Source: an uncultured Chloroflexia bacterium (GTDB lineage Bacteria; Chloroflexota; Anaerolineae; Anaerolineales; UBA4823). Taken from it: a stretch of DNA of 64,000 bases. The notes under the pieces were generated by a model. It was not told where the DNA came from. It saw nothing but the letters and a program-made list of their open reading frames with translations, and made no database searches. Positions 9,326-18,494 of the stretch are shown here, in pieces; the stretch's first letter is position 1, and every line of letters starts with the position of its first letter. The stretch lies in NCBI GenBank assembly GCA_963842455.1, contig CAWJHE010000004.1:746-64745 (forward strand), written 5' to 3'. The position numbers were made by a program, and so were the translations under genes.

Positions 9326-10253
9326 ATGACAAATGCTAAATCTTTAGCTATCCAGACCACTGGCTTACGCAAGGTTTTCGGAGAAAAAACGGCTGTCGAA
9401 AACCTGACTCTGGAGGTAGCCCGCGGGGAAGTATTCGGCTTTCTCGGGCCGAACGGCGCTGGAAAAACCACCTCGGTCAAGATGCTGCTCAACCTGATCA
9501 CGCCCAGCGCCGGTGAAGGCAGCTGTTCTCGGGTACCCGCTAACCGATCCAGCTGCCCGCAGTAAAATTGGTTTCCTGCCCGAGCATTTTCGCTTTCACG
9601 ATTGGCTGCAAGCGCGTGAGTTCCTGACTTTACATGCTGATCTCTACCACATGCCAAAAACCCAGGCGCGCAATCGGATCGAAGAATTGCTCGATTTGGT
9701 AGGTTTAATCCCGCACGCCGAGAAACGCCTGCGAGATTTCTCGAAAGGCATGCTGCAACGGGTGGGGTTGGCGCAAGCCTTGCTGAACCAGCCGGAACTG
9801 GTCATCTTAGATGAACCCACTTCGGGTCTCGATCCGGTAGGTCGTCGCCTGGTGCGCGATATCATCCGCCAGCTGAGCCAGGCAGGGACAACTGTTTTCT
9901 GAACTCGCATCTTGCTCAGCGAGGTGGAAATCACCTGCCACCGGGTAGCTTTTATCAAGCATGGTGAAGTCGTGCTGACTGCCCCTTTGCACACCTTGAT
10001 GGAAAAGGAGATCAGCGTACAGGTGCGGGCAAGCAATTTACTCGCCGACATGCTGCAGGGATTGACACGCTGGTGCCGGCAAATTCGGGTTGATGGAGAA
10101 CATCTATCCTTTACCATCCAAGATGAAAGAGACCTGCCTGCCGTGCACCGTTACCTGGTGGAACAAGATGCACAGGTATATACTTTTCAGCCTCAGCAAA
10201 TTTCTCTGGAAGAGCTATTTATCCAGATTGTGGGAACGGATGGCGGTTTATGA
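9326..10253 (+). CDS. ABC transporter ATP-binding protein (split into three ORFs by frameshifts)
   Basis: It carries Walker A 'GPNGAGKTT', the signature '[15 protein letters not shown]' and Walker B '[12 protein letters not shown]'. The breaks are near 9520 and 9900-9915 ('TTVF*' then '..[21 protein letters not shown]'). Confidence 0.85.
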
Positions 10254-11125
10254 TCCATAATGAACAACTTCCAATGAGTGGAATTTTCACCATCGCCCAC
10301 CTGACCTTCCAAGAAGCCGCTCGCAGAAAGATCCTGCTGGCTGCACTCCTATTGGGTATTCTTTTCTTAATCGTATTCGGCTTGGGCTTTCATTTCATCA
10401 TGCTCGATTTTGAGGTGGGCACTGAGACATCCACCCTGGTAGAACTTAACGCTTTCCGCAACTTCATCTTAATGGCCGGCTTGTATGTGGTCAACTTCTT
10501 GACCGCTATCATGACCGTTCTGACATCAGTCGACACGGTCTCAGGCGAAATCAATTCAGGTATTATCCAGACGGTGGTTTCCAAGCCTATCCGGCGCTGG
10601 GAGGTAATCGTGGGCAAGTGGCTGGGCTATGCAGGCATGCTCAGCTTGTATTTGCTTTTATTGGCGGGCGGAGTGATGGGTTTGATCTACTTCCGCAGCG
10701 GCTACTTGCCACCCAATCCTCTCGCCGGAATGGGGTTGATCTGGCTTAACGCCTTGATCCTGCTGTCGGTGTCCATCTTCGGCGGCACAGTATTTTCCAC
10801 ACTTGCTAATGGTGTCCTGGTTTTTGGGTTATACGGCGTGGCTTTTATCGGCGGCTGGATTGAAACCATCGGTGGATTTCTGCCAGACCAGGCTTCCAGC
10901 CAGACAGCAATCAATATTGGCATCGTCACCAGCCTGCTCTTGCCCAGCGAGGCTCTGTGGAAGCGCGCCGCTCACGAAATCCAATCTCCCCTGGCCGCCA
11001 TTTTGGGCATCACCCCATTCTCAGCTGGCTCTTACCCCAGTAATATCATGATCTTTTATTCGATTGCTTACCTGGCGCTGGCCATCGGTCTGGCTATTTA
11101 CCAGTTCAATCACCGAGATTTGTAA
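10250..11125 (+). CDS. ABC-2 type transporter permease
   Basis: 291-aa polytopic membrane protein. Its ATG overlaps the ATPase stop as ATGA. Confidence 0.7.
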   Translation: MIHNEQLPMSGIFTIAHLTFQEAARRKILLAALLLGILFLIVFGLGFHFIMLDFEVGTETSTLVELNAFRNFILMAGLYVVNFLTAIMTVLTSVDTVSGEINSGIIQTVVSKPIRRWEVIVGKWLGYAGMLSLYLLLLAGGVMGLIYFRSGYLPPNPLAGMGLIWLNALILLSVSIFGGTVFSTLANGVLVFGLYGVAFIGGWIETIGGFLPDQASSQTAINIGIVTSLLLPSEALWKRAAHEIQSPLAAILGITPFSAGSYPSNIMIFYSIAYLALAIGLAIYQFNHRDL

Positions 11126-11133
11126 AATTCCAT

Positions 11134-11388
11134 TTACGAGATGGTAAAAATGTAGAAAATGGCTACGTGCAGCACGCTGCTAACCCCAGCTGAAATCCAA
11201 AAAATGGGTTTACGGGTCTTATGGTGAAATAGCAGCATACCCGCTAACAGACCAAACGCGCCGCCGAGCCAATTCAAAGTCAAGAGGGTGCGCTCCGGGA
11301 TACGCCATTGGCGCGCCCGGGCGCGGAATTTATCTATCCCTACGATCAGGAAAGTCAGGATGCTCACAGCGATATAGAAAATCAACAT
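11134..11388 (-). CDS. DUF1294 family small membrane protein
   Basis: 'GIDKFRARARQWRIPERTLLTLNWLGGAFGLLAGMLLFHHKTRK' matches the DUF1294 pattern as I recall it. Confidence 0.75.
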   Translation of the reverse strand: MLIFYIAVSILTFLIVGIDKFRARARQWRIPERTLLTLNWLGGAFGLLAGMLLFHHKTRKPIFWISAGVSSVLHVAIFYIFTIS

Positions 11389-11467
11389 GCTTCACTCCTC
11401 TTGCACAAACCAAATAATTTAGACAAATTTTATTTATCATATATTTAACATAATTATTGTCTAAATA

Positions 11468-11476
11468 TGGTACTAT
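11468..11476 (+). promoter_or_regulatory. Extended -10-like element 'TGgTACTAT' 6 nt upstream of the ATG at 11483 (possible leaderless start)
   Basis: Sequence only. There is no Shine-Dalgarno between this element and the ATG. Confidence 0.3.
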
Positions 11477-11482
11477 TCTCAA

Positions 11483-12631
11483 ATGGATTCGCAGCAAGAA
11501 GATCTCTTTACCCCTCTGCATAATTTACGCAAAGAATGGTCTTTTTTTGCCGCGCTGAGTATATTATACCTTTCGGCTGGCTTTGCACTTCTGGCATTGA
11601 GCTGGCAAGTACATTTTGCAGCCATCTGGGGACTGACAGGTGCAGTTACGCTAATTTACCAACTATCGGTACTCTGGTCAGGGTTACCTCGCAACCATCG
11701 CCAGGGTGAGATCGATATCCTGCCAAGTCTGGGCTGGGGAAATTGCCTGACTTTGCTACGTGGCATATTAATTGCCGGGCTAGGTGGTTTTCTTTTCTTA
11801 CCCGAACCAGAAGGCTGGCTAGCCTGGCTGCCAGGAATTTTCTACACCCTGGCAATCGCCGCCGACTTCTTTGACGGCTACCTGGCTCGCATCACAAACC
11901 ATGCCACTCGCCTGGGAGAAATCCTGGATATGAGCTTTGATGGACTGGGTATTCTGGCGGCTATCATCCTGGCTGTGCTATATGATCGACTGCCTAACTG
12001 GTACTTGATTGTAGCATTTGCTCGCTATGCCTTTGTTTTTGGGCTATGGCTGCGAACGCGTCTTGGCAAAGTCAATTACGATCTTCCTCCCAGCATCCGC
12101 AGGCGTGCACTCGCCGGATTTCAAATGGGCTTTCTAGCGGTGATGCTATGGCCCTTATTTTCACCTCCTGGAACCCATGTCGCCGCCCTTTTGTTCGGTA
12201 TTCCTATCTTACTGGGATTTCTTCAGGATTGGCTTTATGTGACTGGCTTCATTCAATCAGGCGCCCTCCCTAAAAACCAATCGCTACAAAAGGTGATCCA
12301 TTGGCTTCCATTACTTTTCCGCGCCGGCGTGGTTTCGCTTGGCGCTGCTCTTATCTTCCCCGACTTGGCAGTTCTTAACCAACTCTCCAGCTCCCAAGCC
12401 GCGCTGGTTCTCGCTGACCTGGCTGTTATCATCCTTTTGACAGCCGGCGTCACCACACGCTCAGCAGCCATCGTCGGGCTGATTTTGCTGGGCTTTCACC
12501 AGCTTTTTGCCAGTCTCAGCCTCGCCCAAATCTCTCTGGCCTGCGGTTATGCCGTGATTCTCTTTTTAGGTGGTGGACCTTTTTCGTTATGGACGCCAGA
12601 GGAATACCTGGTCTTACCACCGCGCCGGTGA
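11483..12631 (+). CDS. CDP-alcohol phosphatidyltransferase family protein with an extended C-terminal membrane domain
   Basis: It matches D-x2-DG-x2-AR-x8-G-x3-D-x3-D exactly: 'DFFDGYLARITNHATRLGEILDMSFD'. Confidence 0.85.
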   Translation: MDSQQEDLFTPLHNLRKEWSFFAALSILYLSAGFALLALSWQVHFAAIWGLTGAVTLIYQLSVLWSGLPRNHRQGEIDILPSLGWGNCLTLLRGILIAGLGGFLFLPEPEGWLAWLPGIFYTLAIAADFFDGYLARITNHATRLGEILDMSFDGLGILAAIILAVLYDRLPNWYLIVAFARYAFVFGLWLRTRLGKVNYDLPPSIRRRALAGFQMGFLAVMLWPLFSPPGTHVAALLFGIPILLGFLQDWLYVTGFIQSGALPKNQSLQKVIHWLPLLFRAGVVSLGAALIFPDLAVLNQLSSSQAALVLADLAVIILLTAGVTTRSAAIVGLILLGFHQLFASLSLAQISLACGYAVILFLGGGPFSLWTPEEYLVLPPRR

Positions 12632-12661
12632 AACTGCCATGCTCAAAGGGGAGCAAACATC

Positions 12662-13759
12662 ATGAAGACTGGCTGGAGAATTGGGATAATTTTCGGATTT
12701 GCGAGTGTCCTGCTCGTCTGGTGGACCGTTCAGCATATATCTCTTGAGGAAGTCTGGTTGTCGATCAGCCAGTTGAGCATTGGTCAAATTACTTCTCTGA
12801 TACTGCTTAACCTCTTGATAATTTTGCTGTTTACAAGCCGCTGGTGGCTTATCCTAAAAGCATCTGGTTATGCCGTGCCTTACCTGAGTCTAACCGGTTA
12901 TCGCCTGGCTTCGTTCGCAGTCAGCTACTTCACCCCAGGCACTCAATTTGGTGGCGAGCCGCTCCAGGTACATTTGCTGAGCAAGAAACATCATATCCCC
13001 TCAACCACCGCCCTGGCTTCTGTAGCCTTGGATAAGCTCTTAGAGTTAATTGCAAATTTCTCCTTCCTCAGCCTGGGATTATGGCTTATCATCACCAATG
13101 GTCAAAAATTGACTGGATCATCTGCCCAAGGCTGGCTTTCTGGGATAAATGGCTTGCAAGCTGTTGCCTGGCTGAGCATCTTGATTAGCCTACCCTTGAT
13201 CTATCTGTTTCTGCTATGGCGAGGCAGGTTCCCATTCGCCGAAATGAGCCGGCGATTACCAACTCCCATTTTGCGAACCAGACTTTTCCACAACCTGCCA
13301 GCGTTCCTGGCTTCAACCGAAAGACAAATCTCCACCCTTTTCCGTCTCTCTCCGCGCACCATCTCACTCAGTGGCTTGTTATCGATAGTTATCTGGGTTC
13401 TGATGGGGTTTGAATTCTGGTTGATGATCCGTTTCCTTGGCAACAACCTGGGGCTCGTCCAGTTGATCACAGTATTAACCGCCGCTCGCCTGGCTTTTCT
13501 GATGCCTTTGCCAGGTGGCATCGGCGTTTTGGAAGCCAGCCAGGTTCTGGCTATGCAGGCTTTGGGGCTCAGCCCTGCTTTGGGCATCAGCATTAGTTTG
13601 CTAATCCGTACCCGCGATATGTCACTCGGCCTGGTAGGTCTGTGGCTTGGAGCAGTTTTGACCCCCCATAAGCCTTCAGTTGAGCAGGGAACTGAAGTGG
13701 CCGAAACTTTTCCTGGCACAACAGGATCATATCCAATACAATCTTTGAAGGAGGTGTAG
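12662..13759 (+). CDS. Flippase-like / lysylphosphatidylglycerol-synthase TM-region family protein (UPF0104)
   Basis: 365-aa polytopic protein. '..LPGGIGVLEASQVLAM..' is typical of the UPF0104/MprF N-terminal family. Confidence 0.7.
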   Translation: MKTGWRIGIIFGFASVLLVWWTVQHISLEEVWLSISQLSIGQITSLILLNLLIILLFTSRWWLILKASGYAVPYLSLTGYRLASFAVSYFTPGTQFGGEPLQVHLLSKKHHIPSTTALASVALDKLLELIANFSFLSLGLWLIITNGQKLTGSSAQGWLSGINGLQAVAWLSILISLPLIYLFLLWRGRFPFAEMSRRLPTPILRTRLFHNLPAFLASTERQISTLFRLSPRTISLSGLLSIVIWVLMGFEFWLMIRFLGNNLGLVQLITVLTAARLAFLMPLPGGIGVLEASQVLAMQALGLSPALGISISLLIRTRDMSLGLVGLWLGAVLTPHKPSVEQGTEVAETFPGTTGSYPIQSLKEV

Positions 13760-13789
13760 GATGAATCTGAAATCTTAAACAATGGGGAA

Positions 13790-14102
13790 TTGTCTTGTCT
13801 AACCCTGCTAACAGCCATTATCCATTTTTCACTTACTCTTCCCCGATCTTCTTTTTATCTTAAATGGGCAGGATTTTTAACCTTATTGGCAGCCTATATT
13901 TTACCAAACCAATACTTCCGGCAAAATCGCGCACTAATCCGCATTGCTTTCATGGCTTTTACAGCCATAACCATCCTGGCCTGGGTGGCTATCGGCGATA
14001 AGTCCTGGCCAGCAGGTATGCTGGGCTACTATCACCAAAGCCATCGAACTGGCATTATTGGGTCTGCTATGGAGCGACCGCCGGTCATCAGGAGGGCATT
14101 AG
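13790..14102 (+). CDS. Small membrane protein, probably frameshifted near 14030
   Basis: The N-terminus is hydrophobic in the listed frame. A plausible C-terminus '..ITKAIELALLGLLWSDRRSSGGH*' lies in another frame and ends 2 nt before the ribA ATG. Confidence 0.3.
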
Positions 14103-14104
14103 AA

Positions 14105-14749
14105 ATGAAAGAAATTAGCGTTGAACGAAAAGTCACTGCACGTATTCCTACCGAAGAGGCCGAATTTCGACTGGCCTTATACCATAACAACCAGGATGAT
14201 AAAGAACACCTGGCGCTGATCCTGGGTGAACTCAGCAACCAGGAAAATGTGCTGGTAAGGGTGCATTCCGAATGCTTCACTGGCGATGTGCTTGGCTCTA
14301 GGCGCTGCGATTGCGGCGAACAATTGAAGACAGCCATGCAGATCATCGCCCAGGCTGGCAGCGGCGTCGTCCTATACCTGCGTCAGGAGGGCCGGGGCAT
14401 CGGCTTGCTCAACAAACTGCATGCCTACAACCTGCAAGACCAGGGCTATGACACAGTCGAAGCCAACCTGCTCCTGGGGCATCAGGCTGACGAACGCGAT
14501 TACACCATGGCAGCTTTAATCCTGGAAGACCTCGGGATACGCTCTATCCAGCTGATTACCAACAACCCAACCAAAATCCAGCATTTGCAGGAATTGGGCG
14601 TTGATGTAACCCAGCGCGTCCCGCTTGAGCCCACCATCTATGAAGATAACGCTGCGTATTTGTTCACCAAGATGGTGCGCATGGATCATCTCTACCAGCT
14701 TGGACTTTCGCCCATCGGGGTCATGGCAGCCAGTCATGCAGATCATTGA
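14105..14749 (+). CDS. ribA: GTP cyclohydrolase II (monofunctional RibA)
   Basis: 'VRVHSECFTGDVLGSRRCDCGEQL..LYLRQEGRGIGLLNKLHAYNLQDQGYDTVEAN' is a near-textbook GCH II sequence. An AGGAGG Shine-Dalgarno lies 9 nt upstream of the ATG at 14105. Confidence 0.9.
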   Translation: MKEISVERKVTARIPTEEAEFRLALYHNNQDDKEHLALILGELSNQENVLVRVHSECFTGDVLGSRRCDCGEQLKTAMQIIAQAGSGVVLYLRQEGRGIGLLNKLHAYNLQDQGYDTVEANLLLGHQADERDYTMAALILEDLGIRSIQLITNNPTKIQHLQELGVDVTQRVPLEPTIYEDNAAYLFTKMVRMDHLYQLGLSPIGVMAASHADH

Positions 14750-15449
14750 GCAATGGCTGGAGCAATCTGCTGAGCATGTGCAGCAGATAGGTCGCCCGCT
14801 GGTCACGGTTAGTTACGCCCAGAGCCTGGACGGGAGCATCACCGCCAAACGCGGTCAGCCGCTTGCGCTGAGCGGAGCAGCCTCAAGCCGCTTCACCCAC
14901 CAGCTCCGTTCTCTGCACGATGCCATCCTGGTCGGTGTGGGAACTGTGCTGGCAGACGACCCCCTGCTAACGGTACGGCATGTACCGGGCAAGCATCCCC
15001 AACCGGTCATCCTGGACAGCCACCTGCGCACCCCGCTGCATGCCCGCCTGGTCGCCCAGCATCCTGGTCAGGTCTGGATAGCCGCCGCACAAACGGCTGA
15101 GCCAGAACGCATCCAGCGGTTGCAAGACGCCGGCGCCAGAGTGATCCTACTGCCAACCGAACCGCAAAACAGGGTTTCCTTAAGCAAACTCCTGCAAAGC
15201 CTGGCTTCCCAGGGCATCCGTAGCTTAATGGTCGAAGGCGGCGCCCAGGTTATCACCAGCTTTTACCAGCAAGGCCTGGCAGACCAGGTGGTTCTAACCC
15301 TGGCGCCAGTCTTCGTTGGTGGGTTACCGGCTGTTACCCCTCAACAGCCTTTGGGTGAAAATGCGGAACAACTACCTCGCCTGACCGAAAGCGGTTCACA
15401 CTGGCTGGGAGAAGATCTGATCGTGTGGGGAAAGCTGCGTTACTCATGA
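14736..15449 (+). CDS. RibD C-terminal-domain reductase (dihydrofolate-reductase-like), with no deaminase domain
   Basis: 'PLVTVSYAQSLDGSI..LHDAILVGVGTVLADDPLLTVR..LMVEGGAQVITSF' is a RibD_C signature. The ATG overlaps the end of ribA by 14 nt. No HAE/PCxxC deaminase motif is present. Confidence 0.8.
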   Translation: MQIIEQWLEQSAEHVQQIGRPLVTVSYAQSLDGSITAKRGQPLALSGAASSRFTHQLRSLHDAILVGVGTVLADDPLLTVRHVPGKHPQPVILDSHLRTPLHARLVAQHPGQVWIAAAQTAEPERIQRLQDAGARVILLPTEPQNRVSLSKLLQSLASQGIRSLMVEGGAQVITSFYQQGLADQVVLTLAPVFVGGLPAVTPQQPLGENAEQLPRLTESGSHWLGEDLIVWGKLRYS

Positions 15450-16468
15450 AAACAGTTTACCGGCAATCTTTGTTTTTCACTGCGCCAGGTGAGGTCGAAG
15501 TCCGCAGGGAACCCATCCCGGAAGTATTGCCAGATCAGGTCCTGGTTCAAACCATCCTGAGCGCCATCAGCCCTGGCACGGAATCGCTCATCTATCAAGG
15601 TCTCTTTCCCCAAGAGTTGCCCCTGGATGCTAACTTACCTGCCCTATCATCCAGTTTTGCCTACCCATTAAAGTATGGCTATGCTGCCATCGGTAAAGTG
15701 ATTGAGGCAGGAGAGCAAGTCGATCCAGACTGGGTCGGTCGCCTGGTTTTTGCCTTCAATCCCCACGAAAGCCATTTCACCAGCCGCCCCGAGGATTTAC
15801 ACATCATTCCAAGTCATCTCTCACCTGAGGAGGCCGTATTCCTGCCCAACATGGAAACGGCTGTCAACCTGGTAATGGATGGTCGTCCCATCTTGGGAGA
15901 AAATGTAATCGTCTTTGGTCAGGGAATTGTCGGCCTGCTCACCAGCGCTTTGTTAAGCCAGTTTCCCTTAGGCAAGCTGGTTACCGTAGACCGCTACCCT
16001 TTGCGCCGCAGTGCGTTGGATGCCATTGGTGTGCACACCAGTCTCGACCCGGCTCAATCCGGCTTTACCGAGCTGGCAATGCGCAGCCTTGCAGGTGCAG
16101 CGGACCTGAGTTTTGAGCTCTCCGGTGCGCCAGAAGCCCTGGACCAGGCCATCGCAGTCACCGGCTTTGGCGGGCGCATCGTGATTGGCTCCTGGTATGG
16201 ACAAAAGCGCGCCAACCTGGACCTGGGCGGTTGGTTTCACCGCAGCCGCATCCAGCTCATCAGCAGCCAGGTGAGCACCATCGCTCCTGAATTCAGCGCA
16301 CGTTGGGATAAACAACGGCGTTTTCAACTAGCCTGGGACAAGCTGGCTCAAATTCGCCCTTCCCGATGGATCACCCATCGCTTTCCGATCAGCCAGGCGG
16401 CGGAGGCTTATCGCCTGATCACCCACCAGCCTGATGCCTGTCTGCAGGTCATCTTGACTTACGAATAA
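15446..16468 (+). CDS. Medium-chain dehydrogenase/reductase (zinc-type alcohol dehydrogenase superfamily)
   Basis: It has the Rossmann motif 'VIVFGQGIVGLLTSALL' and MDR-like length and layout. It overlaps the upstream stop as ATGA. Confidence 0.8.
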   Translation: MKTVYRQSLFFTAPGEVEVRREPIPEVLPDQVLVQTILSAISPGTESLIYQGLFPQELPLDANLPALSSSFAYPLKYGYAAIGKVIEAGEQVDPDWVGRLVFAFNPHESHFTSRPEDLHIIPSHLSPEEAVFLPNMETAVNLVMDGRPILGENVIVFGQGIVGLLTSALLSQFPLGKLVTVDRYPLRRSALDAIGVHTSLDPAQSGFTELAMRSLAGAADLSFELSGAPEALDQAIAVTGFGGRIVIGSWYGQKRANLDLGGWFHRSRIQLISSQVSTIAPEFSARWDKQRRFQLAWDKLAQIRPSRWITHRFPISQAAEAYRLITHQPDACLQVILTYE

Positions 16469-16480
16469 AACGAGGAATAA

Positions 16481-16867
16481 ATGTACACTGTCGCAGTTAA
16501 ACGCAATTTTATCGCCCAACATTTCCTGATTGGCGGAGATTGGGGGGCGGAAAACCAAAACCATTCGCACCACTACCAGCTCGAATTACAGTTGCACGGA
16601 GAAAGACTGGACCAACACGGTTACCTGGTCGACATCGTGCAGATTGAACAAACTCTGCAGGAGCTGGTAAACAAATATCAAGACCAGACCCTCAATCATC
16701 TGCCTGAATTTGAAGGTCTCAACCCCAGCATCGAGCACTTTAGCCGCATCCTGTGCCAGCAATTGGCTCAAAATATCCATGCGCCGACTTTGCATGCTTT
16801 GACCGTCAAGTTGTGGGAAAATGAAATTGCCTGGGCTTCTTTCCAGATGCACTTCCCATCTGCGTAA
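16481..16867 (+). CDS. 6-pyruvoyl-tetrahydropterin synthase / QueD-family T-fold protein (atypical)
   Basis: 128 aa. 'FIAQHFL....NHSHHYQLEL' corresponds to the His ligands of the PTPS/QueD 'H...C...HGH' motif, but no Cys precedes the HxH. Confidence 0.8.
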   Translation: MYTVAVKRNFIAQHFLIGGDWGAENQNHSHHYQLELQLHGERLDQHGYLVDIVQIEQTLQELVNKYQDQTLNHLPEFEGLNPSIEHFSRILCQQLAQNIHAPTLHALTVKLWENEIAWASFQMHFPSA

Positions 16868-16920
16868 GGACCGGAAGCCAAAACATAGCAAGTATTTGAT
16901 GTGAGACTATCACAAGAACG

Positions 16921-18048
16921 ATGCACATTGCCCTGCTCATCTATGGAAATCTGGAAACAGTTTCCGGTGGATACCTTTATGATCGCAAACTGGTCGAACA
17001 CCTGCGCAGCCAGGGCGACCAGGTAGAAATCATATCGATCCCCTGGCGAAGCTACCCGCTTCTCCTGGCGGATAACTTCTCCGCTTCACTTTTCCACCGC
17101 ATGCAGAATTTGCAGGTGGATATACTTCTGCAGGACGAGCTCAATCATCCTTCGTTGTTTTTACTCAATCAGCGTATGCGCAAGGAAACCAAGATTCCCC
17201 TGGTGTCTATCGTGCATCATCTACGCAGCAGTGAGCAACGATCCGCCTGGCAAAACATCCTGTTCAAAGCGATTGAAAGGCGATACCTGGACAGTGTAGA
17301 TGCCTTGATCTTCAACAGCCGGGCAACCCAAAAAGCTGTTCTTGAGTGCAATGCTTCTTTGAAAGATAAGCCCTCTCTAATCGCCTTCCCCGCTGGAGAT
17401 CGCTTCAAGCCTGCCTGGGATTTGTTGGAAACACAAAAGCGCGCAGACCAGCCTGGCCCTTTAAAAATTGTTTTTATCGGCAATCTCATCCCACGCAAAG
17501 GATTAGACAGCCTGCTTAAAGCCCTAAAATACATACCAGCCCATTTATGGGAGCTGAATGTGATCGGCAGCCTGGAGCTTGACCCTTTTTATGCCCAAAA
17601 GATGCGAAAGCTTGTGTCCAAGTTGGACATGACAAAACACGTGAAATTTCTGGGGACTGTGCCAGACACGCTCATAGCGCAAACCCTGTCGAATAGTCAC
17701 CTGCTAGCCGTGCCATCCAGCTACGAAGGCTTTGGGATCGTTTACCTGGAAGGTATGAGTTTTGGTCTGCCAGCCATTGGCGCAAAAGCTGGCGGTGCAC
17801 AAGAAATCATCCAGCATGGGCATAACGGTTTCCTGGTCGAACCTGGCGATGTTGAAAGGTTAAGCGCTCATATTTCCAATCTGGCTACAGACCGTCAAAA
17901 GCTGGTAGAAATGAGCCTGGCAGCTCGTCGCAGCTTTGAATCGCACCCCAGTTGGGAAATGACTGGTGCGCAGATTCGCAATTTCCTGCTTACAATTAAT
18001 GAAAACCGCAATGCAGCGTCTACACCAGCTAAAACAAGTTTGCCTTAA
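16921..18048 (+). CDS. GT4-family (GT-B) glycosyltransferase
   Basis: 'PSSYEGFGIVYLEGMSFGLPAIGAKAGGAQEIIQHGHNGFLVEPGD' is the classic Glycos_transf_1 E-x7-E region. Confidence 0.85.
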   Translation: MHIALLIYGNLETVSGGYLYDRKLVEHLRSQGDQVEIISIPWRSYPLLLADNFSASLFHRMQNLQVDILLQDELNHPSLFLLNQRMRKETKIPLVSIVHHLRSSEQRSAWQNILFKAIERRYLDSVDALIFNSRATQKAVLECNASLKDKPSLIAFPAGDRFKPAWDLLETQKRADQPGPLKIVFIGNLIPRKGLDSLLKALKYIPAHLWELNVIGSLELDPFYAQKMRKLVSKLDMTKHVKFLGTVPDTLIAQTLSNSHLLAVPSSYEGFGIVYLEGMSFGLPAIGAKAGGAQEIIQHGHNGFLVEPGDVERLSAHISNLATDRQKLVEMSLAARRSFESHPSWEMTGAQIRNFLLTINENRNAASTPAKTSLP

Positions 18049-18057
18049 TCAGCAAAG

Positions 18058-18406
18058 AGCGTTGGCCAATTACAATGTCACTGCGAGTAACGCTAGGTTA
18101 CCAGGGTGCCATCCAGTCTGAAGCGACAACCGAAAGCGGGAGTCATTGCGAGCGTTCTGTGCGAAGCAATCTCGGTACTAGTCAAGAGGTGAGATTGCTT
18201 CACTGTGTTCGCAATGACAGTTGTCATTAGTATAGCGTTGGCCAATTACGATGTCACTGCGAGTAACGCTAGGTTACAAGGGTGCCATCCAGTCTGAAGA
18301 GACAGCCGAAAGCGGGAGTCATTGCGAGCGTTCTGTGCGAAGCAATCTCGGTACTAGTCAAGAGGTGAGATTGCTTCACTGTGTTCGCAATGACAGTTGT
18401 TATTAG
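18058..18406. repeat. Two tandem 176-bp units of repeat family B (opposite orientation to 6972-7294)
   Basis: The units start at 18058 and 18234 and are nearly identical. Each contains 'gtcattgcgagcgttctgtgcgaagcaatctc...gagattgcttcactgtgttcgcaatgac', a long imperfect palindrome. Confidence 0.85.
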
Positions 18407-18451
18407 AGGCGAACTTTGCGAAGTAGTCTAAATTACCATACAACTTATCAG

Positions 18452-18471
18452 GAACAAACTGAAGTTTGTTC
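18452..18471. promoter_or_regulatory. Perfect 8-bp inverted repeat 'gaacaaac-tgaa-gtttgttc' 24 nt upstream of the methyltransferase ATG
   Basis: Seen directly. Related copies of the motif occur at 7376-7400 and 5914-5938, each at the 3' edge of a repeat cluster. Confidence 0.4.
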
Positions 18472-18494
18472 TACATATAAAAGGATAACTCAAG

